The notes under the pieces are model-generated. The model saw only the letters and a list, made by a program, of their open reading frames with translations, had not been told where the DNA came from and did not search any database. Position numbers and translations under genes: made by a program. A stretch of DNA of 39,272 nucleotides from a virus. Taxonomy: Duplodnaviria > Caudoviricetes. The first letter of the stretch is position 1, and each line of letters opens with the position of its first letter. The stretch is taken from positions 1 to 39,272 of IMG/VR virus record IMGVR_UViG_3300048861_000028; one strand, written 5' to 3'. Below, one piece after another: positions 7,882 to 15,719 of the stretch.

Positions 7882-9266
7882 GCAAGTTCGCCTACCACCC
7901 GCCCGGACCCGTCGCCTCGGCTTTCATGAAGTCCGAGGCGTTTGTTCGTGGTATTCGCGGTCCGCTCGGCTCTGGCAAGTCCACGGCGTGCATCTTCGAG
8001 ATCCTGCGCCGCGCGAAAGAGCAGCGGCCGTCACCGAATGGCAAGCGTAAATCGCGCTGGGTCGTGATCCGCAACACGTACGGCGAACTCAAGACGACGA
8101 CGATCAAGTCGTGGCACCAGTTCGTGCCGCCGAGCATTGGCCGCTGGCAATCGGATGGGCCGCCAACGCACTTCATCGACGAAGGCGATCTGCAGCTCGA
8201 AGTGATGTTCATCGCGCTCGATCGCCCTGACGACATCAAAAAGCTGCTCTCGCTCGAAGTCACAGGAGGCTGGATCAATGAAGCCCGCGAGGTTCCTAAG
8301 GCTGTTCTCGATGCTCTCACCGGTCGGGTTGGTCGTTACCCAAGTGCTATGGATGGCGGAGCAAGCTGGTTCGGCGTCATCCTCGACACCAACTCGCCCG
8401 ACTCCGATCACTGGTGGTATCGGCTCGCCGAGGAAGAGAAGCCCGAAGGCTTCGAGTTCTTCGCCCAGCCTGGCGGGCGCAGCGAGCTTGCTGAGAATAG
8501 AGAGAATCTCCCGAGCGGTTACTACGAGCGCATGGTCGCAGGCAAAGACCCGGACTGGATCAAGGTCTACGTAGACAACGAATACGGCTTTGTGAAGGAC
8601 GGCAAGCCCGTCTACACCGATTACGTCGATGGGCTGCACTGCCGTGAATTCGACCTGGTGCGCGGCTGGCCTCTGCACGTCGGCATCGACTTCGGACTGA
8701 CACCGGCCGCAGCGTTCGGGCAGCGCTCGCCCATGGGCCAGTGGCGCGTGCACAGCGAGCTGGTGACCGAAGACATGGGCGCAGTGCGCTTCGCCGAACT
8801 GTTCAAGCTATTCGTGGCCGAGCGCTACCCCAACATACCGATCGCCTCGATCGCCTGTGATCCGGCCGGTGATGGTCGAGCACAGACCGACGAGCGCACG
8901 CCGTTGCAGATCCTCAAGGCCGCCGACATTGACGCGCACCCAGCACCCACCAATGACCCGATCAAGCGCATTGAATCCGTCTCCGCGCCGCTGCGTCGCC
9001 TCGTCGACGGTCAACCTGGCCTGATCGTGCATCCGCAGTGCGTCGTTATCCGCAAGGGCTTCGGCGGCGGCTACGCATACCAGCGGCTTCAGGTGAGCGG
9101 CGACGAGCGCTATCGCGACGTGCCGACGAAGAACAAATACAGCCACGTGCACGACGCGCTGCAATACCTGATGGTCGACGGTGGCGAAGCGCGGCTTCTC
9201 ACGCAGCGCAGCACCAACCGGTCGAGACAGGCCACAGCAATCAGCGATTACTCAATCTTTTCGTGA
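7878..9266 (+). CDS. terL: terminase large subunit
   Basis: Walker A GPLGSGKS, Walker B WINE, nuclease GIDFG and HVHDALQY. Confidence 0.93.
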   Translation: MSKFAYHPPGPVASAFMKSEAFVRGIRGPLGSGKSTACIFEILRRAKEQRPSPNGKRKSRWVVIRNTYGELKTTTIKSWHQFVPPSIGRWQSDGPPTHFIDEGDLQLEVMFIALDRPDDIKKLLSLEVTGGWINEAREVPKAVLDALTGRVGRYPSAMDGGASWFGVILDTNSPDSDHWWYRLAEEEKPEGFEFFAQPGGRSELAENRENLPSGYYERMVAGKDPDWIKVYVDNEYGFVKDGKPVYTDYVDGLHCREFDLVRGWPLHVGIDFGLTPAAAFGQRSPMGQWRVHSELVTEDMGAVRFAELFKLFVAERYPNIPIASIACDPAGDGRAQTDERTPLQILKAADIDAHPAPTNDPIKRIESVSAPLRRLVDGQPGLIVHPQCVVIRKGFGGGYAYQRLQVSGDERYRDVPTKNKYSHVHDALQYLMVDGGEARLLTQRSTNRSRQATAISDYSIFS

Positions 9267-9277
9267 GGAGAACCACC

Positions 9278-9565
9278 ATGAGCGAAGCACTCGCCCCCAT
9301 CTTTCTCGGCCCGCTCAAGGGGCCATTGAACCCGGCACGCGGCCTCGTTGAAGGCGCGCTCGGCCTTAACAAGCCGTCACCGCAGACCGCACAGACGGTC
9401 ATCACTCCGCCGCCGCCGAGTGCCACGACGACCGATCAGGGCGCCAACGTGCAGGCGCAGATGGATGAGTTGCGCACGCGTCAGGGTCGAGCGGCCAACC
9501 TGCTGACGGGTCCGAGCGGAGTGAACAATACGCCGACCGGCACGAAGGTTCTCTTGGGGCAATGA
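9278..9565 (+). CDS. small virion/ejection-associated protein preceding the portal
   Basis: GAGGAG RBS; Pro/Thr-rich with GRAANLLTG...KVLLGQ end, typical of pre-portal genes in BPP-1-like podophages. Confidence 0.65.
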   Translation: MSEALAPIFLGPLKGPLNPARGLVEGALGLNKPSPQTAQTVITPPPPSATTTDQGANVQAQMDELRTRQGRAANLLTGPSGVNNTPTGTKVLLGQ

Positions 9566-9702
9566 TGGTCGACGACTCAGTCTCGGAATTCGGACGCCTT
9601 CTAGCCGGTGTGCTGTTCACGATCCTCGTGATCTGGCTGTGCAAGGTGTGGCCGTCGAAGGCAATGCGCCGCGAGCGCGCACGGAGAAAGAAAAATGGGT
9701 GA
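9562..9702 (+). CDS. small single-pass membrane protein (46 aa)
   Basis: Manual: MMVDDSVSEFGRLLAGVLFTILVIWLCKVWPSKAMRRERARRKKNG*; ATGA overlap. Confidence 0.5.
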   Translation: MMVDDSVSEFGRLLAGVLFTILVIWLCKVWPSKAMRRERARRKKNG

Positions 9703-9892
9703 ACTCAGGTGGCGCTATGGCACAACGATTCCCGCCGGGGCTGGCAAAGTCGTCGCAATGACCACTTGGAATGGCGAGGTAGTCGTAGCGACCGAGAACG
9801 GCGTGTTCATTCTTCGCGAGGACGACAAAGGTATGGCGCTGTATCCGATCGTCTTTGCCCATGCCGACAATGAAGAGGTGAATCATGGATGA
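9695..9892 (+). CDS. hypothetical protein (65 aa)
   Basis: GGAG RBS; overlaps the portal start. Confidence 0.55.
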   Translation: MGELRWRYGTTIPAGAGKVVAMTTWNGEVVVATENGVFILREDDKGMALYPIVFAHADNEEVNHG

Positions 9893-11510
9893 CCGCGTAG
9901 GCGAGATCTTTCGGGATCAGGAAGCAATGGACTCGACCAAGGCCAACTGGAACTGGCACTGGTCGCAGATCGCGCAGCAGGTTCTGCCGCGTTCCGACTA
10001 CTTCAACCGTCAGGACCAGACTGAAGGCCAGAAGCGCACCGAGCACATGTTCGACTCGACCGCTGCCAGCGCGTGCGAGCGTGCCGCGGCTGCGATGGAG
10101 TCGGAGATCACGCCGCGCACGCAGCGCTGGCACGGTCTGTCGCTGTCCGATCCGTCGCTTGCTGAAGATCCGAAGTGGGATCGGTGGCTCGAGCAGGTGG
10201 TCGACATCATGTTCAAGGCGCGCTACTCACCGTACGCCAACTTCGCCAGCCAGGCGAGCGAGTCGTACATGTCGCTGATGGCGTTCGGCACGCAGGCCAT
10301 GCTCGTTGACGAGGTCGTCGGCAAGCACCTGCGCTACAAGTCGATCCACCTGTCCGAGATCTGCATCGCCGAGAACCACGTCGGGCTGATCGACAAGGTG
10401 CATCGCAAGTTCACGCTCACCGCGCGGCAGGCGGTGCAGAAGTTCGGCATCGACATGCTGCCCGACAGCATCGCGCGCGTCGCTGAGAAGGAGCCGGAAC
10501 GCACGTTCGAGTTCATCCACGCGGTGAAGCCGAACGACGACGGCGACAAGGATGCGAAGGGCATGGCGTTCTGCTCGTACTACGTCGCGTGCGAGGGCCG
10601 CAAGATCGTCATGGCCGGCGGCTATCGCACGATGCCCTATGCGGTGTCGCGCAACGTCACATCGCCGAAGGAGATCTACGGCCGCTCGCCTGCGATGACC
10701 GCGCTCGCTGACATCCGCATGCTCAATGAGATGGAGAAAACGACCATCCGCGCCGGCCACCGCGCCGTCGATCCGCCGCTGCTGCTGTCCGAGGATGGCG
10801 CGCTCCAGGCGTTCAGCGTGCGGCCGAACGCGCTCAACTATGGCGGTGTCGATAGCAATGGCCGCCCGACTGTGATCCCGCTGCAGACTGGCGCGAACCT
10901 GCCGCTGTCGTTCGATATGTCCGAACAGAAGCGCAAGTCGATCAACGACATCTTCTACCTGACGCTGTTCCAGATCCTCGTGCAAAACCCGCAAATGACC
11001 GCGACCGAGGCGATGCTGCGCGCGCAGGAGAAGGGCGCATTGCTCGCGCCGGTGATGGGTCGCCAGCAGTCGGAATTCCTCGGGCCGCTGATCTCGCGCG
11101 AGCTGGACATTCTGACGCATGCCGGTCAGTTGCCGCCGCCGCCCGCGCCGCTGCATGAGGTCGACATGGACATCGAGTACACGTCGCCGCTCGTGCGCGC
11201 GCAGCGCTCGGGTGAGGGCGTGGCAATCATGAACACGCTGAACGCCGTGTTGCCGTTCGCACAGATCGATCAGAAGGTGCTCAAGCGGTTCAACTTCGAC
11301 GAGATCCCGGTCGTGCTCGCCGAGATCAATGGCATGCCGTCGAAGCTGCTCTACACCGATGAGGAGATGGACGCGATCAATGCGCAGGAAGCCACGGCGC
11401 AACAGGCTCAGGCAGCAGTCGCCGCCGCCCCGGCGCTGTCGCAGTCGGTGCTGAACATCGCGAAGGCCAACCAGGCGGCGTCAACGCCGGCGCCGACGGT
11501 CGGAGGCTGA
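9885..11510 (+). CDS. portal (head-tail connector)
   Basis: 541 aa; FDSTA, YGRSPAM, PPLL, MTATE, EYTSPL motifs of T7 gp8/BPP-1-type portals. Confidence 0.93.
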   Translation: MDDRVGEIFRDQEAMDSTKANWNWHWSQIAQQVLPRSDYFNRQDQTEGQKRTEHMFDSTAASACERAAAAMESEITPRTQRWHGLSLSDPSLAEDPKWDRWLEQVVDIMFKARYSPYANFASQASESYMSLMAFGTQAMLVDEVVGKHLRYKSIHLSEICIAENHVGLIDKVHRKFTLTARQAVQKFGIDMLPDSIARVAEKEPERTFEFIHAVKPNDDGDKDAKGMAFCSYYVACEGRKIVMAGGYRTMPYAVSRNVTSPKEIYGRSPAMTALADIRMLNEMEKTTIRAGHRAVDPPLLLSEDGALQAFSVRPNALNYGGVDSNGRPTVIPLQTGANLPLSFDMSEQKRKSINDIFYLTLFQILVQNPQMTATEAMLRAQEKGALLAPVMGRQQSEFLGPLISRELDILTHAGQLPPPPAPLHEVDMDIEYTSPLVRAQRSGEGVAIMNTLNAVLPFAQIDQKVLKRFNFDEIPVVLAEINGMPSKLLYTDEEMDAINAQEATAQQAQAAVAAAPALSQSVLNIAKANQAASTPAPTVGG

Positions 11511-11513
11511 TGC

Positions 11514-11813
11514 ATGCGCGCCCACCTGAAGCGGCTGCTCTCGCGCTCGACGGCCTATCAGCGCACGTTTCTCGGCGACGACGGCAAGCCCGACGCCGAC
11601 GCCGCGATCGTGCTGGCAGACCTGAAACGGTTCTGCTACGTCGAGCGCACGACGGCCAAGATTTCACCGACAACGCAGGCGATGGACCCGCTTGCGATGG
11701 CCTTTGCGGAAGGTCGCCGCGAGGTCTACATGCGTCTCGTGGGGTTTCTGCACCTCGACGACGCGACTATTCGAAACCTGACCGAACCACACCAAGAGGA
11801 TGATCAATCATGA
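11514..11813 (+). CDS. conserved post-portal protein (Bbp19-like)
   Basis: YQRTF...VLADLKRFC...AFAEGRREV pattern; synteny. Confidence 0.7.
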   Translation: MRAHLKRLLSRSTAYQRTFLGDDGKPDADAAIVLADLKRFCYVERTTAKISPTTQAMDPLAMAFAEGRREVYMRLVGFLHLDDATIRNLTEPHQEDDQS

Positions 11814-12706
11814 GCGACGTCACCGGCGCAGCAGCGCTTTCTGCAGCACCTTCCCCGGCTCCCGCACCGGCGCCGGCTCCGTCACCCGCACCGGCATCTG
11901 GCGCACCTGCACCGAGCCCGGCACCTTCGCCCGCACCGTCGGCAACTCCTGCCGGTGGCGAGCCATGGTACAAGGGATTCGAGGATGCGGAGGCACGCGG
12001 CTTCGCTGAGATTCGTGGATGGAAGTCTCCGGAAGACACGGTGAAGTCTTTCCAGAATCTTGAGAAGCTGCTCGGCACCAAAGCGAACGCCGTCATGATT
12101 CCGGGCGACACCGCGACGCCGGAAGAACAGGCCGCCTTCTTCGAGAAGCTCGGCCGCCCGGGTGCGCCGGAGAACTACCCGGTGCCGGATGCGTTGAAGG
12201 AAGACGCATTGGTCAAGGGCTTTGCCACCGAGGCGCACAAGCTCGGCATCACGTCCAAGCAGTTCGAGGGCGTCATGGGCTTCATCTCTGCCCAGCAGCA
12301 GGCGACCGTCGAGACGACCAACGCGCAGCGTGATGCCGCAGCAGCCGCCGACATGGAATCGCTGAAGAAAGACAATCCGGGCCTGAAGTACGACGCGCTG
12401 CTCGAGCATGGTCGGCGCGCGGTGCGCACGCTCGGACTCGATCAGCCGACGCTCGACAAGCTCGAAGGCGCACTCGGCACGCGCAGCATGCTCGAACTGA
12501 TGGGCAAGATCGGTGCGAGCTCCGCGGAGTCGCCGTTCATCGAAGGCGGTCCGTCTGGTGGTGCGCCGTCGCCTGAGGCCGCGCGTCTCGAATACGCCGC
12601 GCTCTCGAAGGATCAGGCGTTCATGAAGAAATGGATGTCGGGCGATACCGACGCCGTCGCGCGCGTGAACAAACTCAACGCGGCGATGGCGGGAGCGAAG
12701 CAATGA
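11810..12706 (+). CDS. capsid scaffolding protein
   Basis: APSPAP-repeat N-terminus, FFEKLGRP..Y motif; between portal and capsid. Confidence 0.8.
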   Translation: MSDVTGAAALSAAPSPAPAPAPAPSPAPASGAPAPSPAPSPAPSATPAGGEPWYKGFEDAEARGFAEIRGWKSPEDTVKSFQNLEKLLGTKANAVMIPGDTATPEEQAAFFEKLGRPGAPENYPVPDALKEDALVKGFATEAHKLGITSKQFEGVMGFISAQQQATVETTNAQRDAAAAADMESLKKDNPGLKYDALLEHGRRAVRTLGLDQPTLDKLEGALGTRSMLELMGKIGASSAESPFIEGGPSGGAPSPEAARLEYAALSKDQAFMKKWMSGDTDAVARVNKLNAAMAGAKQ

Positions 12707-12894
12707 GCAACGATGAACTGAACCTCGAACTGCTGAAGCTGTGCTATCGGCACGACAAGAGTGAAGATGAAATTACTGCGCGCGCTTGTAAACTCAGTAA
12801 GTTCGTCCTATCATCCGGTCCATCGGTAGATTCAACGGCTACACAACAGCCAGAGAAGAAACCTCGGGCGGGGACCGCGAAAGCGTCCGCCTGA
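12703..12894 (+). CDS. hypothetical protein (63 aa)
   Basis: GGAG RBS, ATGA overlap; MSNDELNLELLKL... Confidence 0.55.
   Translation: MSNDELNLELLKLCYRHDKSEDEITARACKLSKFVLSSGPSVDSTATQQPEKKPRAGTAKASA
12786..12814 (+). promoter_or_regulatory. sigma70-like promoter upstream of the capsid gene
   Basis: TTGTAA-N17-TATCAT in a locally AT-rich patch. Confidence 0.55.
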
Positions 12895-13007
12895 CAGTCG
12901 GAACAGCACGGCGGCAAGCAGCGAGCCACATCGCTGTATGTTGGGTTCCGTATTACGGGCACGCCCTTCGAAAAGTCGATTTCCTAACTTTTTCGGAGGG
13001 CATCCAA

Positions 13008-13904
13008 ATGTCCGACACTCTTGTCAATCTGTACGCGCAGCAGTTCAAGGGCAACCTGCAACTGCTGCTTCAGCAACGCGGCTCGCGTCTGCGCCAATCC
13101 GTCACCGAAGCGTCCGACTATTTCGGCAATGCATCCGCGGCTGTCGATCAGATCGGCGCGGTTGAAGCTGACTCCGTCACCGGCCGCTACCAGCCGATCC
13201 AAGGCAAAGACGTTCCGAACGATCGCCGCTGGGTCTTCCCGCAAGACTTCGATCTGCCGGTCTTCGTCGACACGTTCGACAAGCTGCGCCTCGTCAGCGA
13301 TCCGACCAGCACCTATGTGCAGGCTGTGATGGCCGGCATGGGCCGCAAGATCGACGACATCATCATCGGCGGCATCTTCGGCGTGAACAAAACCGGCGTG
13401 GCTGGTGCGACCTCGGTCAACTTCCCGGCAGCCCAGCAGGTGAGCGCATCGCTCGGCGCAGCCGCTGCAACTGGCCTTAACGTCGCCAAGCTGAAGAAGG
13501 CGATGGAACTGCTGATCTCTGCCGAAGTGGACCTCGACAACGATCCGGTCTATTGCCCGATCTCCGCCAAGCAGAACACCGACCTGATGAACGAGATTCA
13601 GGTCATCAACGGTGACTACAAGGCGCTCGGTGCGGTCGTGCAGGAAGGCCGGATCATGAACTACATGGGCATCAACTTTCTGCATTCGGAACGTCTGCCC
13701 GTCAACGGTTCGAGCCAGCGCCGTGTGCCGCTGTACGTCAAGTCTGGCGTGCATCTCGCCGTGTGGGCCGATCAGACCCGCGTGGACATTTCCCAGCGTA
13801 AGGATCTGAAGGGCATGCCCTGGCAGATCTACACGTATATGACGATGGACTCGACCCGCATCGAAGAGAAGCGCGTGATCGAAATCCCGTGCGTCGAATC
13901 GTAA
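13008..13904 (+). CDS. major capsid protein
   Basis: QQF..NLQLLLQQRGSRLR, DTFDKLR...DPTSTY, MGRKIDDIII, RIEEKRVIEI; BPP-1/epsilon15-like MCP; GGAGG RBS. Confidence 0.9.
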   Translation: MSDTLVNLYAQQFKGNLQLLLQQRGSRLRQSVTEASDYFGNASAAVDQIGAVEADSVTGRYQPIQGKDVPNDRRWVFPQDFDLPVFVDTFDKLRLVSDPTSTYVQAVMAGMGRKIDDIIIGGIFGVNKTGVAGATSVNFPAAQQVSASLGAAAATGLNVAKLKKAMELLISAEVDLDNDPVYCPISAKQNTDLMNEIQVINGDYKALGAVVQEGRIMNYMGINFLHSERLPVNGSSQRRVPLYVKSGVHLAVWADQTRVDISQRKDLKGMPWQIYTYMTMDSTRIEEKRVIEIPCVES

Positions 13905-13924
13905 TCGGTTAAGGAGAAAACACC

Positions 13925-14431
13925 ATGGCAGTCGTAACTGTTTCTTCGGCCCCGGTCGCGAACGCGGACGCAAAGCCGATTGTGCGCAATTCCGCGAAGG
14001 TTGCGGAAGGCGAAATCCTGGGCTCGGTTGGCAGCGTCGCGCTGGCTAACGGCGATTCGATCGGCTCGGTCTATCGCATGGTCCGCATCAAGTCGGGTTG
14101 CCGCATCAACAGCCTGCAGCTCGTGTGCGATGCAATCACCAGCGGCGCAGCCGACATCGGTCTGTACCAGACGGCCGCACGCGGTGGTGCGGTGGTGGAT
14201 GCCGACTTCTTTACGCCGGCGCAAACCATCGCCACGGCGACGCAAGGCATCCAGGTCGCGCACGGCAACATCCTCAAGGCCGGCAGCATCACGCTGCGCC
14301 TGTGGGAAGCGCTGGGCCTGTCGTCCGATCCGGGCATCGATTACGACGTCGCATTGACGCTCACTGCCGCGACTACGGCCGGCGGCAACGCAGCGCTCAA
14401 GTGCGACTACGTGCAATCGGGTCCGGGCTGA
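13925..14431 (+). CDS. capsid cement/decoration protein
   Basis: Beta-rich 168 aa directly after the MCP, strong TAAGGAG RBS, followed by a terminator. Confidence 0.65.
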   Translation: MAVVTVSSAPVANADAKPIVRNSAKVAEGEILGSVGSVALANGDSIGSVYRMVRIKSGCRINSLQLVCDAITSGAADIGLYQTAARGGAVVDADFFTPAQTIATATQGIQVAHGNILKAGSITLRLWEALGLSSDPGIDYDVALTLTAATTAGGNAALKCDYVQSGPG

Positions 14432-14444
14432 TCGCCCGCTCTTG

Positions 14445-14470
14445 AGCCCCGGCTTCGGTCGGGGCTTTTT
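14445..14470 (+). terminator. intrinsic terminator after capsid genes
   Basis: AGCCCCGGC-TTCG-GTCGGGGCT-TTTT. Confidence 0.85.
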
Positions 14471-14493
14471 CACATCTACAGGAGCAAACGAAC

Positions 14494-14709
14494 ATGGCGA
14501 CCCGCCTCTATAGCTACACCCCGAATCAGGCTGCTTACGCGATTACCGAAGCGGTTGGCTCGGCGACCGTGACCGGCCCGATTGAACTCACGATCGATCT
14601 CGGCAACGTGATGGTCGGCTCGACCGTGCCGCTAAAGCGTCAGGAAGTGCTCGAAGGTCTGCAGAAGCTGATCGAGCACATCGAGCGCGGCAACTGGCCG
14701 CCGGCATAA
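14494..14709 (+). CDS. hypothetical virion-region protein
   Basis: AGGAG RBS, 71 aa. Confidence 0.7.
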   Translation: MATRLYSYTPNQAAYAITEAVGSATVTGPIELTIDLGNVMVGSTVPLKRQEVLEGLQKLIEHIERGNWPPA

Positions 14710-14719
14710 GGAGCACGAC

Positions 14720-15103
14720 ATGCCGGACAAAATCCTCAACGCAGATGGCTCGATCGTTCCGATCGTTGCTTTGCTGGGCAGCGGTGCTGCTGGCGGTGCC
14801 GCAACGTCCGGCAATGCCACGCCCACGGTGAATGCGTCGCTGACGCCGAAGGGTTACCAGCAGATCTCTGCTGCGACCCTCGCGGCATCTACCGCGCTCA
14901 CACCGCCGGTTGGCTCGCGCATCGCGCAGATCAACGTGGAAGCGCAGGCCGTGCGCTGGCGTGACGACGGAGTCGCGCCCACCGCGACCGTCGGCATGCT
15001 GATTCCGGTCGGCACGACGTTCGAATACGACGGTGATCTGACCGCGGTCCGCTTCATTGCGGCCACGGCCGGCACGATCCTCAACGTCTCGTTCTACGCC
15101 TGA
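14720..15103 (+). CDS. hypothetical virion protein (beta-rich)
   Basis: TAAGGAG RBS; VRWRDDG.APTA..G motif. Confidence 0.7.
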   Translation: MPDKILNADGSIVPIVALLGSGAAGGAATSGNATPTVNASLTPKGYQQISAATLAASTALTPPVGSRIAQINVEAQAVRWRDDGVAPTATVGMLIPVGTTFEYDGDLTAVRFIAATAGTILNVSFYA

Positions 15104-15104
15104 C

Positions 15105-15719
15105 ATGGCCTCCATTATCGGCATCTGTAACCGCGCGCTGACGAAGCTGGGCAGCAATCGCATCACATCGCTCGACGACAACACCAAGGCCGCGCGCGTC
15201 ATGAACGCGAACTACGACTCGGTGCGCCGCAGCGAGATCCGTGCGCACCGCTGGTCGTTTTCAATCACGCGCGCGGCGCTTCCAGCCATGGTTGAAGTGC
15301 CGGTTTGGGGGCCGCCGCGTCAGTTCCAGATCCCTGCAGATAGCCTGCGTCTCGACCAGATCGACCGGTATTACCTCTGGTGGGGCAACATGTGGACCGG
15401 CTTCTCGGGCGTCAACACGTTCGTCGACAACGTCTACAGCGTCGAGGGCGGCAAGATCCTCAGCTATCTCGGCGCGCCGCTGAATATCCGCTACGCGAAG
15501 GACATCACCGATCCGAATCTGTTCGACGCAACATTCGACGAGTCGCTCGCCTGCAAACTGGCGATGGAAGCGTGCGAAGACCTGACGCAGAGCAGCACGA
15601 AGTTCCAGCAGATCTCGACGGAGTACGGCGACGCCATCAGGACAGCGATCCGCGCGAACGCCATCGAGCGACCACCTGAGCCGCTTGCCGAAAGCGAGTG
15701 GATTCTGGCGAGGATCTGA
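15105..15719 (+). CDS. tail tubular protein A / adaptor (T7 gp11-like)
   Basis: ICNRALTKLG..RITSL, HRWSF, FDATF..LA..LA motifs. Confidence 0.85.
   Translation: MASIIGICNRALTKLGSNRITSLDDNTKAARVMNANYDSVRRSEIRAHRWSFSITRAALPAMVEVPVWGPPRQFQIPADSLRLDQIDRYYLWWGNMWTGFSGVNTFVDNVYSVEGGKILSYLGAPLNIRYAKDITDPNLFDATFDESLACKLAMEACEDLTQSSTKFQQISTEYGDAIRTAIRANAIERPPEPLAESEWILARI

Noticed and set aside
11830-11950. Tandem GCACCG/CCGGC-type repeats
   Set aside because: Simply encode the APSPAP low-complexity scaffold N-terminus; not CRISPR or iterons
12821-13001. Known riboswitch class (e.g. c-di-GMP-I) in the capsid leader
   Set aside because: Only a GAAA tetraloop resembles it and the other conserved elements are not seen; kept as an unclassified structured leader
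13880-13925. T7 10A/10B-style capsid frameshift
   Set aside because: No slippery heptamer seen, and the downstream gene has its own strong RBS
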